Translations under genes and position numbers: made by a program | Origin: Flectonema sp. DT1601 | Lineage: Eukaryota | Assembly (NCBI GenBank): GCA_964019425.1 | Contig: OZ025782.1 | Span: forward strand, 1,364,001-1,428,000 | Reading direction: 5' to 3' | DNA: 64,000 nt | The notes under the pieces: generated by a model | Databases searched by the model: none | Seen by the model: the letters and a program-made list of their open reading frames with translations, nothing else | What the model was told of the DNA's origin: nothing | In this document: positions 35,501 to 47,500 of the stretch, in pieces | Position numbering within the stretch: the first letter of the stretch is position 1 | How the letters are laid out: the number at the start of each line of letters is the position of its first letter

Positions 35501-38500
35501 GCCACTCGGAGCTTCTCTGTTCCTGCAGCCGAGTTTATTCCGACAACCGCCTTTTCCCCGCTGAGCGGTAGGGTCTTCACCCAATCGCGCACCATCTCCA
35601 TCAGCGCGTAGAACCCGTGTGGATGGCGTCCAAAGTTGCGTGACATCGAACCAGATCCATCAAGGATCATTACCACGTCGAGTGTCGGGCACTCCCCGTA
35701 AGTGACCTTCCTGCAAGATCCTTGTGGCGCTTGTTCCACCTTCCAGTAGCACTTCTCGTCATCAACGCAATCGCACTTATCGAGTTTGTTGCAGTCTTTG
35801 TCGATACATTTTGATCTGTCCTTGTCCCATGCACAGTCACTATCAGCCTCGCACGTTGCTACATCCTGGAGCTTCGCGCACGGCTTTTCGACGCACATCG
35901 CTGGCGAGATCGACGGGTTCCAGTGGCAATCCTCAATCTTGTCGCACTGGATCTCTGTCATGTACTCTGTGCACTTCTTCTGTACGCACTCTGTCGTGTT
36001 GTCCTTCCACTCACAGTATGGGTCCGCCACGCAAGGATCCTTCCTGCCTGCCTTACACTTCTCCTCCACGCACGTTCCGGCAGTGATCTCAACGTGTCCG
36101 CTTGCATCTTCCGGATTAACACACAACTGTCCGACTCCTCCCCACTCGCAGATGTACCCGTCGATGCGTTGGTGGTCTCCCGGGAAGTCGTTCCACTCGC
36201 CTGAAGGCCAGCGGAAGTGCGCGTAGTTCTCTCCACTAGCTGCGCAGGATCCAGGGCAAGCTCCTCTGTAGTTGTTCGGTTCTCCGGCCTCCCAGTTCGT
36301 GTACATTGGTTTCCCAGTCTTCGAATTGGTTGCTACGGCGAAGCTTCCCCCAGTTCCGCTTCCGATCAACAGACCCACTTGGCTCGACAGGTCGCACCCG
36401 CTCTTTTGTGCGGCATAGGTGCATCCGCTCTCTAGACCTTCCGGTCCCACTACCCATCCCCATTGTCCCTCGTCTTTCAAATCTGCAGCTCCCATCCAAC
36501 CCTGGCCTTCGAGCTTCAATTTAGCTACTCGATCCTCCTCATCAGAGGTGATTGTAATTAGATAACCAGTGAGTCCAAGGATCATGTTGTCGGCAGATTC
36601 GCATTCTGCCTGTGCCTGGCCCCAGTGGCACTCGGTCGCCGTCGGGTCGACATTCAAGCACTCGCTCTTCGAGAAGTAATGGTAGTAATGCCCAGTCACC
36701 GTTGATAGGAATCCGTGTCCATAGTTCCAGGTGATAGTTCTCGGAGAACCGGCATCCGAAGTGGTCGTGAAGGTCACCGTTGCAAGCGCTGCTGCATACT
36801 CAGTCAACGTCTTTGGGGTTTTCGATTTCAAGTACAACACTCCAGGAATATCGTGCCATTCAGCCTCAAAACCAAGGGCTGCGCACTGGTCACAGGCTAG
36901 CACGTCCTTGCCCTTCACGTATCCTTCCTCAACGTCAACCGCCGCTCCCTTAACAGTGTCCGAGCAGCTGCATGTTCCGGAAACAGTGCAGGTCAGGGTC
37001 GGGAAAGGAACCATCGGTTGTCCACGAGCGTATGCGGAAACAGTCGAGTTCAAAGGAATCGTTGTTTGCCACACGCATCCATCTTGGGAGGCAACGCATT
37101 TTCCTTCGTCGGTCTCTTTACAAGGTGGCTCAGTACATTTCTGATTCAAATTGTTCCACACGCAGTCATCTGGGTCAGCAAGGCATCCTTGTTCGTTGTC
37201 TCGGTTGCATTTCTTGTCGATGCATGTCGACCCGTTCTTGTCAACCTGACAGTCTTTTTGAGCTTCACATTCTGTCGGCTTTCCAGTGTAGATATCACAC
37301 CCTGTCTTAGGCTCGCGCAAGCAAATAGTTCCGTTCGTCCACGCGCATCCGTTCGCGGCGTCGGCAGTGCAGTTTTGCTCTTCGCAGTGGTGCAGGCACG
37401 GACTGTCACCACATGAAAGAGAGTTGTCGAACCATACACACCCAGGGTCTGCTAGGCAGCCTACCTGTTGCAGGTGCTGCGGGCAAGGTTGGTGCACACC
37501 TCCGCTTGCTGGGTTCGCTGCACCGGCTCCCTGCTGCGCAGCCTGTCCAAGAACTAGTGATCCAAACACTCCATTCGGATCGCATATGTCACCAAGCACC
37601 TTGTCCGGAATTTCATCAATCTGCAGATTCTGGAAATGAGCGTCGTGTGGGTTTGACGTGATAGGTTTTAGCGTGTTTTCAGCGTCAAGGTCAGCCTTCG
37701 TGTGCTGCGTATTCTTTCGGACTACTACACCAAACACCTGCACCTTCTCGGTGTCCAGCTCTGACCGCGCAGCCTGCAGCTGTTCCGGGTCGTAGATTCT
37801 TCCGTCGGTAATGATGATCAGCACTCTTTGTCTTCCATCGTTCGGTGACTGATGGAAGACGTCAGCCGCCATCTGGAGACCCTTCTGGATCATTGTACCT
37901 CTCGAGTAGAAGTTTGCCTCGTGCCAGTCAACATCCGTACTTAACTCATCAAAGTCTCCCGAGAGACTTCCACCAGTTCCGGTTCCTGCTGGTGTTCCCT
38001 TAGCGTCTGCCCTTCCGGCCGAAGCTCCGCGTTTGTTCTTTCCCGAAAATTGGATCAACCCCACACGCACTTCACCCGTGTTAGGTGCTGAGTTCAGCCC
38101 CACATTTGCCTTCTCACCGTTCAGTGGTAACGTCTTGATCCAATCGCGCAGCATCTCCATCAGTCCGTAGAACCCGTGAGGGTGTCGACCGAAGGTAGCG
38201 GACATCGATCCTGATCCATCAAGAAGAAGAACCAGATCCAGTGTAGGGCATTGACCAAACTTGGTTTCGGTACAGAATTGTTTCGGGGCAAGAGAGTTCC
38301 AGAAACACTTCGTTTCTGCCAGACAATCGCATCGGTCAAGGTTCTTGCATTCTTTGTCAACACACTCGGTCGAGCTATCGTTGAAAGTGCATAGTGGGTC
38401 CGTGTCACAAGCTGGTTTGTTCTGGTTCATCCTTGCACAGTGCTTGATACTGCACTGTGACGGGGTAAGTGACAGATCCCAATGACATTTTGGGTCCTTG

Positions 38501-41500
38501 TCACAGCATCTCTCATCAGAGTGGTGGGTACACAGCTTCAGGGCACACGCGTTGCTCTGCCACTCGCAGTGCTGATCGGCGTTGCAGTCCTGCTCGGTAA
38601 GCGCAGGATTCCCAGGAGCAGCCACGCATCTCTTCTTGATGCACTGAGCTCCGTCAGTTACTCCGTCGCACGCATCCCATTCGCACAGAACGTCGCTGTT
38701 GCACGCGCTCGCGTTTGTTTGCTTGCACGGCTTTTCTACACATGTTTGCTGAAGACCGTCCCATTCACACCCCTTCGGATCGAGGTCGCACTCCGCCTCA
38801 GTTGGCTGATTGCAGATGCGTTCCTCGCAGTCTGTTTTTGTCTGGTTCCAGTCACACTTCGGGTCCTTCTCACAAGTTGCTGCATCTTGGTATGAGCATA
38901 GTGGGTTCTTCCAACATCCCTCTAGACCAACGACCGATGCGTTCCAGAAGCAGTCGTTTAGTGTGTCCGCCGTACACTGGGTTTGATTGCAATGCTGCAC
39001 ACACGGCGAGTCGACACACTCGAGTCCGACTGAGCTGTACAGACAGCCAGGGTCAGCTGTGCACAGCACCTGATCTACGTACTGTGGACAAGGCTTGTGT
39101 ACACCAGACTGATTCTGGGCAGCAGCCCCCGGCATCAAGAGGGCACCCCACTTGCTATTTGGGTCACAAAGTCCGTTCAACACTGTGGCTGGAAGCTCGT
39201 CGATAATCAGGTTCTCAAAGTGGTCGTCGTGAGGATCCGACGTAATCGGCTTCAACTTCTCCTCAGCTGCGGTATCCACTGCCGTGTGCGTCGCCTGTCT
39301 ACGGAGAACCACTCCAAACACTTCGACACTCTCCTGGTTTAGTGTCGCTCTTGCCGCCGAGAGTTTGTCGTCGTCCTTGATAGCTCCATCCGTGATGATG
39401 ATTAGCACTCGCTTTCTACCTACGGGGCTGGCACGGAACATGTCACCGGCCCATCCAAGACCCTGGTTGATGTAAGTTCCCGCCTGTAGGTAGTTCGCCT
39501 CATGATAATCAATGTCCGCCTGTAACTCAGTTAGCTTTCCTGTCAATGAACCGAACGAACCGACACCGATTGGTGTCCTGATGGCTGCCTTGTCGATAGC
39601 TGTTCCTCCACTAATCGGAATACCAGAGAACTGGATTACTCCCATTCGCATTCCACCGTTAGGAGCGGTGGAGTTAATCCCCACCTGGTGGCTCTCTCCA
39701 GTAAGCGGCAGAGTTTTCACCCAATCACGGATCATCTCCATCATGGCATAGAACCCATTCGGGTGACGGCCAAAGTTCTGCGACATCGAACCTGAACCAT
39801 CCACCAACAATACAACATCAAGTGTTGGGCACTGTCCGTAACGGCTCTCTACACACTTTCCAGCCCCTGATGACGTATCCCAGAAGCATCTTGGTTCCGC
39901 CTTGCAGTCGCATCTGTCAAACGGATCGCACTCCTTATCAACGCAGCGGTTCGCTCCGTCGTCCCACACGCAGTCGTCCTTGGCGCTGCATGTTGTTGGA
40001 TCTTTGTTCTTGTTGCAGACCTTCTCCTTGCAGAGTGATGGCGACACGGTTACATCCCAGTGGCATACCGGGTCCTTGTCACACTCTTTCTCATTCGGGT
40101 TTTCAACACACGGCGCTACGACGCATGGCTCGACATTGCCTCCCAACCACTCACACTTAGGGTTTGCTTTGCAGTCCGTCTCAGTGTCGTTCACACAAAC
40201 CTTCTCCACACAGACTCCAGGAACCAAGTCTGTTACTCCCGTGGCATCACCCACAGCGACGCACATCTCGCCAACACCTCCCCACTCGCAGATGTATCCG
40301 TCGATATGATGATGATCCCCTGGGTAGTCATTCCACTCGCCCGACGGAGAGAGGAAGTGTGCGTAATCTTCCCCATCCGTTGCACAAGATCCCGGACAAG
40401 GTCCACTCCAGTTATTTGGCTCTGCACCCGCCCAGTTTGCGTACATATTTTTTCCAGTAGCTGCGTCGACACGAAGTACAAAGTTTCCAGCTGTACCCTG
40501 TCCGAATGGTAACCCAGCTTCGTTCTGTATATCGCACGAGCTAGTGGTCGGAGTGTACACGCACCCTCCGGCAAGTCCCTCCGGTCCGGTAACCCAGCTC
40601 CACGTACTTTCTTGGTGACGGTCGGTGGCTCCCATCCATCCCTGACCCTCTAATTTCTTCCTTGCGACTTCGTCTTCTGTCTCACTAGTGATGGTGATAA
40701 GGTACCCGAGGAGTCCTAAAATCTTGTTCGAACCCAACGCGCACTGGTCTTGGGCCTCGCTCCACTTGCACGCCCCACCCGGACAAGTAGACTTCGGGAA
40801 GAAGTGGTAGTAGTGTCCCGTGTGTGACGAGAAGAATCCGTGGCCGTAGTTCCAGGTGATTCTCCTCTTACCCGTGTTGTCCGCCGATGTGCTGAACTCA
40901 ATGCTGGCGATCGCTTTTGCCAGATCTGCTGCTGTTCCCGATGAAATGCTTAGCATTCCGCTCTGCGCGTGCCACTCAGCGGTCAGTCCAAGCGCCTTGC
41001 AAGCCACGCACGTCAGTGTGTCCTTACCGTTATTGTAGTACCCGTCCTCGATGTCTACAATCGCACCGGGAAGCACGTTCGAACCAATCGTTGTTGCGCA
41101 GGAGCACCCGTTTTTCCAGCTTCCCGGGGTCTCGCAAGCCAATCCGTCAAAAGGTTTCACTGGAACATCCTTCTCGAAGGACAGTTGGTTAGCCAAGTTT
41201 CCAGCTTTACCGGAACCAGTCGCCCAGTCACACACCGGATCAGCCGCGCAGTCCGACTGCTTGTCGTGCAAGCAGGGCTTCCTCGTACACCCAGGTGTTG
41301 GAAGATCTTTCCACTCACATCCCTCAGGGTCTGCCAAACATGTCTGCTCGTTGTCGTGTTTGCACGGATCGTTTGTACACTCCGCGGCCTTCGCGATTGC
41401 GAAGTCACTCGATGGCGGTGGACACACACACCTCCAGTCGTCTTTACTGCTTACCGTGGTGTTTGGATCGAAGCAAGTCTGCTGACAGTTTAGGCTTCCC

Positions 41501-44500
41501 GCCCGGCAGTCTGCTGTGCACTTAAACCCGTTGGTGTCACACTCATCTTCTTCACACTTAGCAGGCTTTCCAGTTGCAACGTTTGTTGACGGCGGTTGGC
41601 ACTTGCAGAGCCAATCGTTCGTCGATTGTGGCGTCATATTTGGATCTTCGCACTCTTGCCCAACATCGGAGCAAGTTGTACCTGCGCATGTGGGGCACGT
41701 TTGCACGCACTCGTCGAGTACACACTTTGCTTGCTGAGTGATAGCGATGCCGACCGATGGCGGTGGGCACAGGCATTCCCAGTCATTCAACTTAGTGGTG
41801 TTCTGGTCCCTGCATGTCTGCCCGACTTGCTTGCAGGTTGCTTCATTCTCAACACACTCGTCTACTGTGCAAGTTGCCGCAGAGGCCGTCATTACTCCAG
41901 ATGTAGGAGGTGGACACTCGCATTTAAAGTCGTCTTCTGGAGGACATGTTTTCTTTGCATCATAGCAGGTCTGTCCAGCAACCAGGCAAATCGTGTTGTT
42001 TCGGCACTCGTCGCAAACGCAATCCGCAAGCTTTGCTGTTGCCACTCCCCTCCCAGGGTTGACACATGTGCAGGTCCAGTCAGAAGTAGAATCAACCGAT
42101 CTGTCCGGGTCTTCGCACGTCTGCCCTGCGGCAGTACACGTGCTTGGGCCACCTTGCTGCGTCTGTGCGCACGTTGGACAAACCGCAACACACTCGTCTA
42201 ATTGACACTTGGCAGGAGCCGCTACTGCAGGAGTTCCCACCTGTGGTGGGATGCATTCACAGGTCCAATCACCGAGATCCGTGTGAGACTGGTTGTTGTC
42301 TACGCATCTCTGTCCCTCTGCAGAACACACGTTCGTGGAGCTGGTGTCAGTCTGCGCACACGTAGGGCAGGTCACAACGCACTCATCCAACACGCAGTCG
42401 GTCGGCGTCCCCAACGTCACGTTTGTTCCGGTTGCTGGTGGAGCGCACATGCATACCCAGTCTCCAGCAACCATAGGGTTCGGGTCATCGCACACGAATC
42501 CAAGATCCGTGCACTTCATCTTGGCATCATTACTGGTTGCGCATTCTCCTGGGTACTCGCATTGTGCAGGAACTTGCTGCCCGCGCATCGCAGCGACCGC
42601 AGGTGGCACTATGCACTCGCACTCCCAGGTGCCTCTCGTTTTTTTGTCATCATCCACACAAACCTGCCCAGCGGCAGTGCACACCTTTTCGTTATTCGGA
42701 TCGTGACACTCGTCGTCCTCACACGGCGTTGCGGCCGCAGCTACAGCGATGTCCGTTGCTGGAGGAGGACACTTGCACACCCAGTCCGACAGCGACGTCG
42801 CGTCGTGGTTCGGGTCGTGGCAAGTTTGGTTTTGGCTAGAGCACGTGTCATTTGCACAGGTTGGACACACCTTTATGCACTCGTCAAGCTTGCAGTGCGC
42901 AGGTGCCACAACGCCCACACCAGTCATTGGAGGGATACATTCACACGTCCAGTCGCCAGTCGAAGTTGCAGTCTTATCTGGGTCATTGCACTTCTGTTCA
43001 CCGGTTGGAGCCCCCTTGCACACATCCTTCTCGCAGGTTGGGCAGTCTTTCTCGCACTCGTCTAGCAAGCAGACAGCCGGACCGGCGGTCATTGTTCCAT
43101 TTGTTGGTGGAAGACACTCACACTTCCAGTCTCCCTGCTGAAGCGGGTTTGGATCGACGCACTGCTGACCGACGTTCGTGCAAATGTCTTTGTGGAGTGT
43201 GCACTCGTCAATACTGCAGTTCGCCTGACCGGTTACTTGTGTGTTGTTCGAAGGTGGTGGACAGACACACATCCAGTCGCTCGTCGCAGTTGCGCCTTTG
43301 TTCGGGTCAAAGCACGTCTGACCGTCGGTGCACTTCCCACACGTTCGGCAGTCCACCACGCACTCATCGAGTTTGCAATCCGCTGCCGCAGCTGTGGCTT
43401 TCCCGGTCGACGGTGGAGGGCAAGTACATGTCCAGTCACTGTGATGCGTCATTGTTGGATTTGGATCGTTACACGTCTGTCCCAGTGCCGTGCACGTGTC
43501 GTTGGCGCAAGTCGGACAGCTCGCCACACACTCGTCGAGCCTGCACTCCGCCGGTTGTTGCGAAGGTGGAGTTCCTGCTGGAAAGACAGTTGACGGTGGG
43601 ATGCACTCGCACACGTAGTCGTCTGGCGAGCACGGTTCTTTGTTCGGGTCGGTACAGCTCTGGCCTACACCTGTGCACCCGGCTCCCTTGGTCTTGCACT
43701 CATCGTAGATGCACTTGTTGCTTTCCCACGTGCATCTCACGTCGGCGTTGCATTGCTGCTCGTTATACTTCGCGTCCGTTGTATCGAATTTGCACGGACA
43801 GGTTGGATCCTCTGCCTTCGAGCACGTGGCGTTTTGCGAGTCCCAGGTGCAGTTGTTTCCTTTGTCGTTTCTGCAGTCCGGCTCCAGGCAGTGCAGCAAG
43901 CACGGAGAGTTCACGCATAACCCACCGACATCTGACCACACACAACCAGCATCCTGCTCGCACGGAGTCTCTGTTACGTAGTCTGGACAAGGATGATGTA
44001 CTCCGGTCGTTGGCTTAGGAGGGTCCTTCACAATCAAGTGTCCCCATGGACCGTTCGGATCGCATATCGATCCAATCAGATCTGGAATATCGTCGATCAT
44101 CAAGTTCTGGAAGTGGTCATCATGCGGGTCCGACGTGATCGGTTTCAGGGTCTTCTCAGCATCTAAATCGGCCTTCGTATGCTGGTCCCTCTTCCTTACA
44201 ACAATACCGAAAGTCTGTACTCCCTCCCGGTCGAGCTCAGCGCGAGCCGGCGCCAGCGACTGCTCATCAAAAATCCTTCCGTCGGTGAAGATAAACAGGA
44301 CGCGCTGCCTTCCGTCCACCGGTGAACCGTGGAAGATGTCCCCGGCCATCGTCAGCGCCTTCTCGATCATCGTTCCCTTCTTGTAGTAGTTGTTCTCGTG
44401 GAAGTCGAGATCCGCATCCAGCTCGCCCAACACACCAGAGAGCCTTCCATTGGTAGTCCCAGAGCCTGAGGCTGCCTTCGCTTCGCTGCGGCGGTAGTTC

Positions 44501-47500
44501 TTCCCCGAAAATTGGACGAACGCGACACGCACACCGGCATTGTTCGGTGCCGAATTCAGCCCCACAGTCGCATCCTCGCCGTTCAGTGGCAGCTTCGTAA
44601 CCCAGTCTCTTAGCATCTCTACCAGCGCATAGAATCCATGCGGGTGGCTGCCAAACGTAGATGACATTGAACCAGATCCATCAATGATTACAGCAATATC
44701 AATAGTTGGGCACTCACCAAACTCAATTGCCACGCACTGACCCTGGCCGTTCAATCCGGCACCAGGCTTCCAGTAGCACTTCGAGTTCTTGTCGCAAGGA
44801 CAGCGGGTCGGGTACTTGCTGCAGTCGAGGTCTGTACACTTGTTATTTGTGTCGTCCCACAAGCAGTCAGTATCGTTGTTGCAGGTATTCTTGTTGTCGA
44901 TCTTCGGGCACTTCTTGTCCCCGCACACAGGGGGGGTCACAGTGATGTCCCACTTACACGCATCCTTGTGGTCGCAGCACCTTTCGTCGAGATATTTCGC
45001 ACACAAATTCTCCTTGCAGATTCCGACAACTCCAGTCGCGTCCCAAGAGCAGCGCGAATCAGCTGTACAATCACCAGCAGTCGTGTGAGTACACAGGATC
45101 TCCTTACATGATTGTGCTGTGCCGTTGCACGCGTCGGCCGACCAGTCGCAGTTTGGATCCGTTTTGCAAGTGTTCTGATCTGGGTATTGACATTTCTTCT
45201 CTACGCACTGGTCTTTGCCGTTCACGTTGATCCACTCACAGGTGTCTGGATCGTCCAGGCAATCCTGAAGGTTGGTATTTGGTGTGCACTTCTCCTTCTC
45301 GCACTTCTTCACGTCATCCCACACACACTTCTCAGGCGACTTCTGACACTCAGCTTTCGTAGTGTAGGCACACTCAGTGGTCTTCCAACAATCACCAGTT
45401 GTCGTGTTCCACACACACAGGTTCAATGTGTCCGCTGTGCACTCCGGATTGTGGCAGTGTGCCGTACATGGGGAGTCCGCACACGCTGCCGATGCTGCGT
45501 CCCACACACATCCGGAGTCCTGCGTGCATTCGTGTGTGTCAGTGTAGTGGTCACATGGCTTGTGGACTCCACTCTGACCAGGTGCGTTGGTTGAGGTTAC
45601 AATTAAATGTCCCCACACTCCGTTCGGGTCGCAGATGTCGGCAAAAACCTGCGACGCTATCTCATCGATCTGCAGGTTCTGAAAATGGTCGTCGTGAGGA
45701 TCTGAGGTGATAGGCTTCAACGTTTTCTCTGCATCCGTGTCTGCCTTCGTGTGACCAGATTGGCGACGAACCACTATACCGAAGGTCTGTACCTGTTCCT
45801 GGTCTAGCACCTGCCTTGCTGGGGACAACACATCTGGGTCGTAGATCCTTCCGTCGGTGATGATGATCAGAATTCTCTTCCTCGAGCTCACCTTGTGCGA
45901 ACGATCAAACATGTCACCGACCATTTCAAGACCCAGCTGGATCATCGTACCCTTTCCGAGGTAGTTGTTCTCATGCCAGTCAAGGTCGTCGTTAATCTCC
46001 CTTTCGAGACCACTGAGATGCCCTCCAGTGCCAGTATTTCCGCTAGTTTCGATAGCGTTACTCCTTCCCGAAGACCACGGCCAAGGCCATCCGCGATTCT
46101 TACCGGAAAATTGCACGAAACCAAGACGTACACCACCCGTCACCGGACCGCCCGGCGTAGGCGACGCCGCAGGCTCTCCGGTAAGTGGTAGGGTCTTCAC
46201 CCAGTCGCGGAGGATCTCAACCAAAGCGAAGAACCCGTGTGGGTGACGCCCGAAGTTCCTCGACATTGATCCCGAACCGTCGAGGAGCAGGATGATGTCC
46301 ATCACAGGGCACTCGCCGTATTTCTTGTCAGCGCACTTCACACCACTCCAGAAGCAGTCTGGATCTTCCTTGCATGCGCATTCTTCCATCTTGTTGCACA
46401 CCTTGTCCACACACTCATTCGTCGTGCTGTTCCACATACACAATCCGTCGGCATTACATGGGTCTAGGTGTGCGGCACTCGGGTACGTCGATGGGCAATA
46501 TTTTTGCTTGCACACCGCAGGTGCCTGGCTGACATCCCAGTGGCAGCTGTCGTCGTGGTCACAGCACTTTTCATCCGGGTAGTTCACGCACGGAGCAGGC
46601 TCGCAAGTCAGCTGCTGGCTCCACACGCAGAAGATGTCTGCCTGGCAACCCGCCTGCGTTTTGTGGCTGTCGAGGATGCACCTCTTCGGGACGCACTTCT
46701 GATCCACTGGGTCTGAGCACACGTCGTCCCACTGGCAGTCTGGATCAGCTACACACTCAGTTTTGTTGTAGTAGCATGGCGTCTTCACGCAGTCTGGAGG
46801 TTGCAGGCTTGTGTCCCACATGCACTTCTCTCCGAGGTTCACGCAAGCATCCTCCGTCGTTGCATCGCACTCTGGTTCGAAGCACGCAGGGTTCTTCGCC
46901 TGATCCCATTGGCAATTGTTAGCCTTGCAGTCCAGCTGGTTCTGGTAATCCGTGCACACAGCCTTCTCGCACGTGTCACCGTTTGTATTCCACAAGCATT
47001 TATTATTCGGGTCATTTGTGCAGTTATTCTCATTACAGTTCGAGAAGCAAGGGTGGTCCTCGCATTTTAGACTGATCGAATTCCACTTGCACGTTTTCTC
47101 TGAGTCGCAGCTCGCCAATGCACCAATTTGGCTGCAGGACGTCACCTGTGACGATGATCCCTGTGTGATGTACGTTCCGAATGGACTGTTTGGATCACAG
47201 AAACCGTCCATAATCGAGAGTGCCTCGTCTACTTGGAGTGAAAGGGCGTGAGTTGCTTTAGGGGTAGAAACAATCTCCTTTAACGTCGCCAAGTTTGCCA
47301 AGTCACGTGTGGTCGCGGTCGCTTGGCGCCTAAGGAGGATTCCGAATACCTTTACTCCCTCTGCTGCCAATACCTGACCGGCAGGCCCAAGCTCATCCTT
47401 GTCCATAATCCTTCCATCGGTGATGATCAGCAGCACCTTCTGTCTACTCGCTGGTGATTCCTTGAAGATCTCACCTGCCCACTCCTCCGCCTCCTTCACC

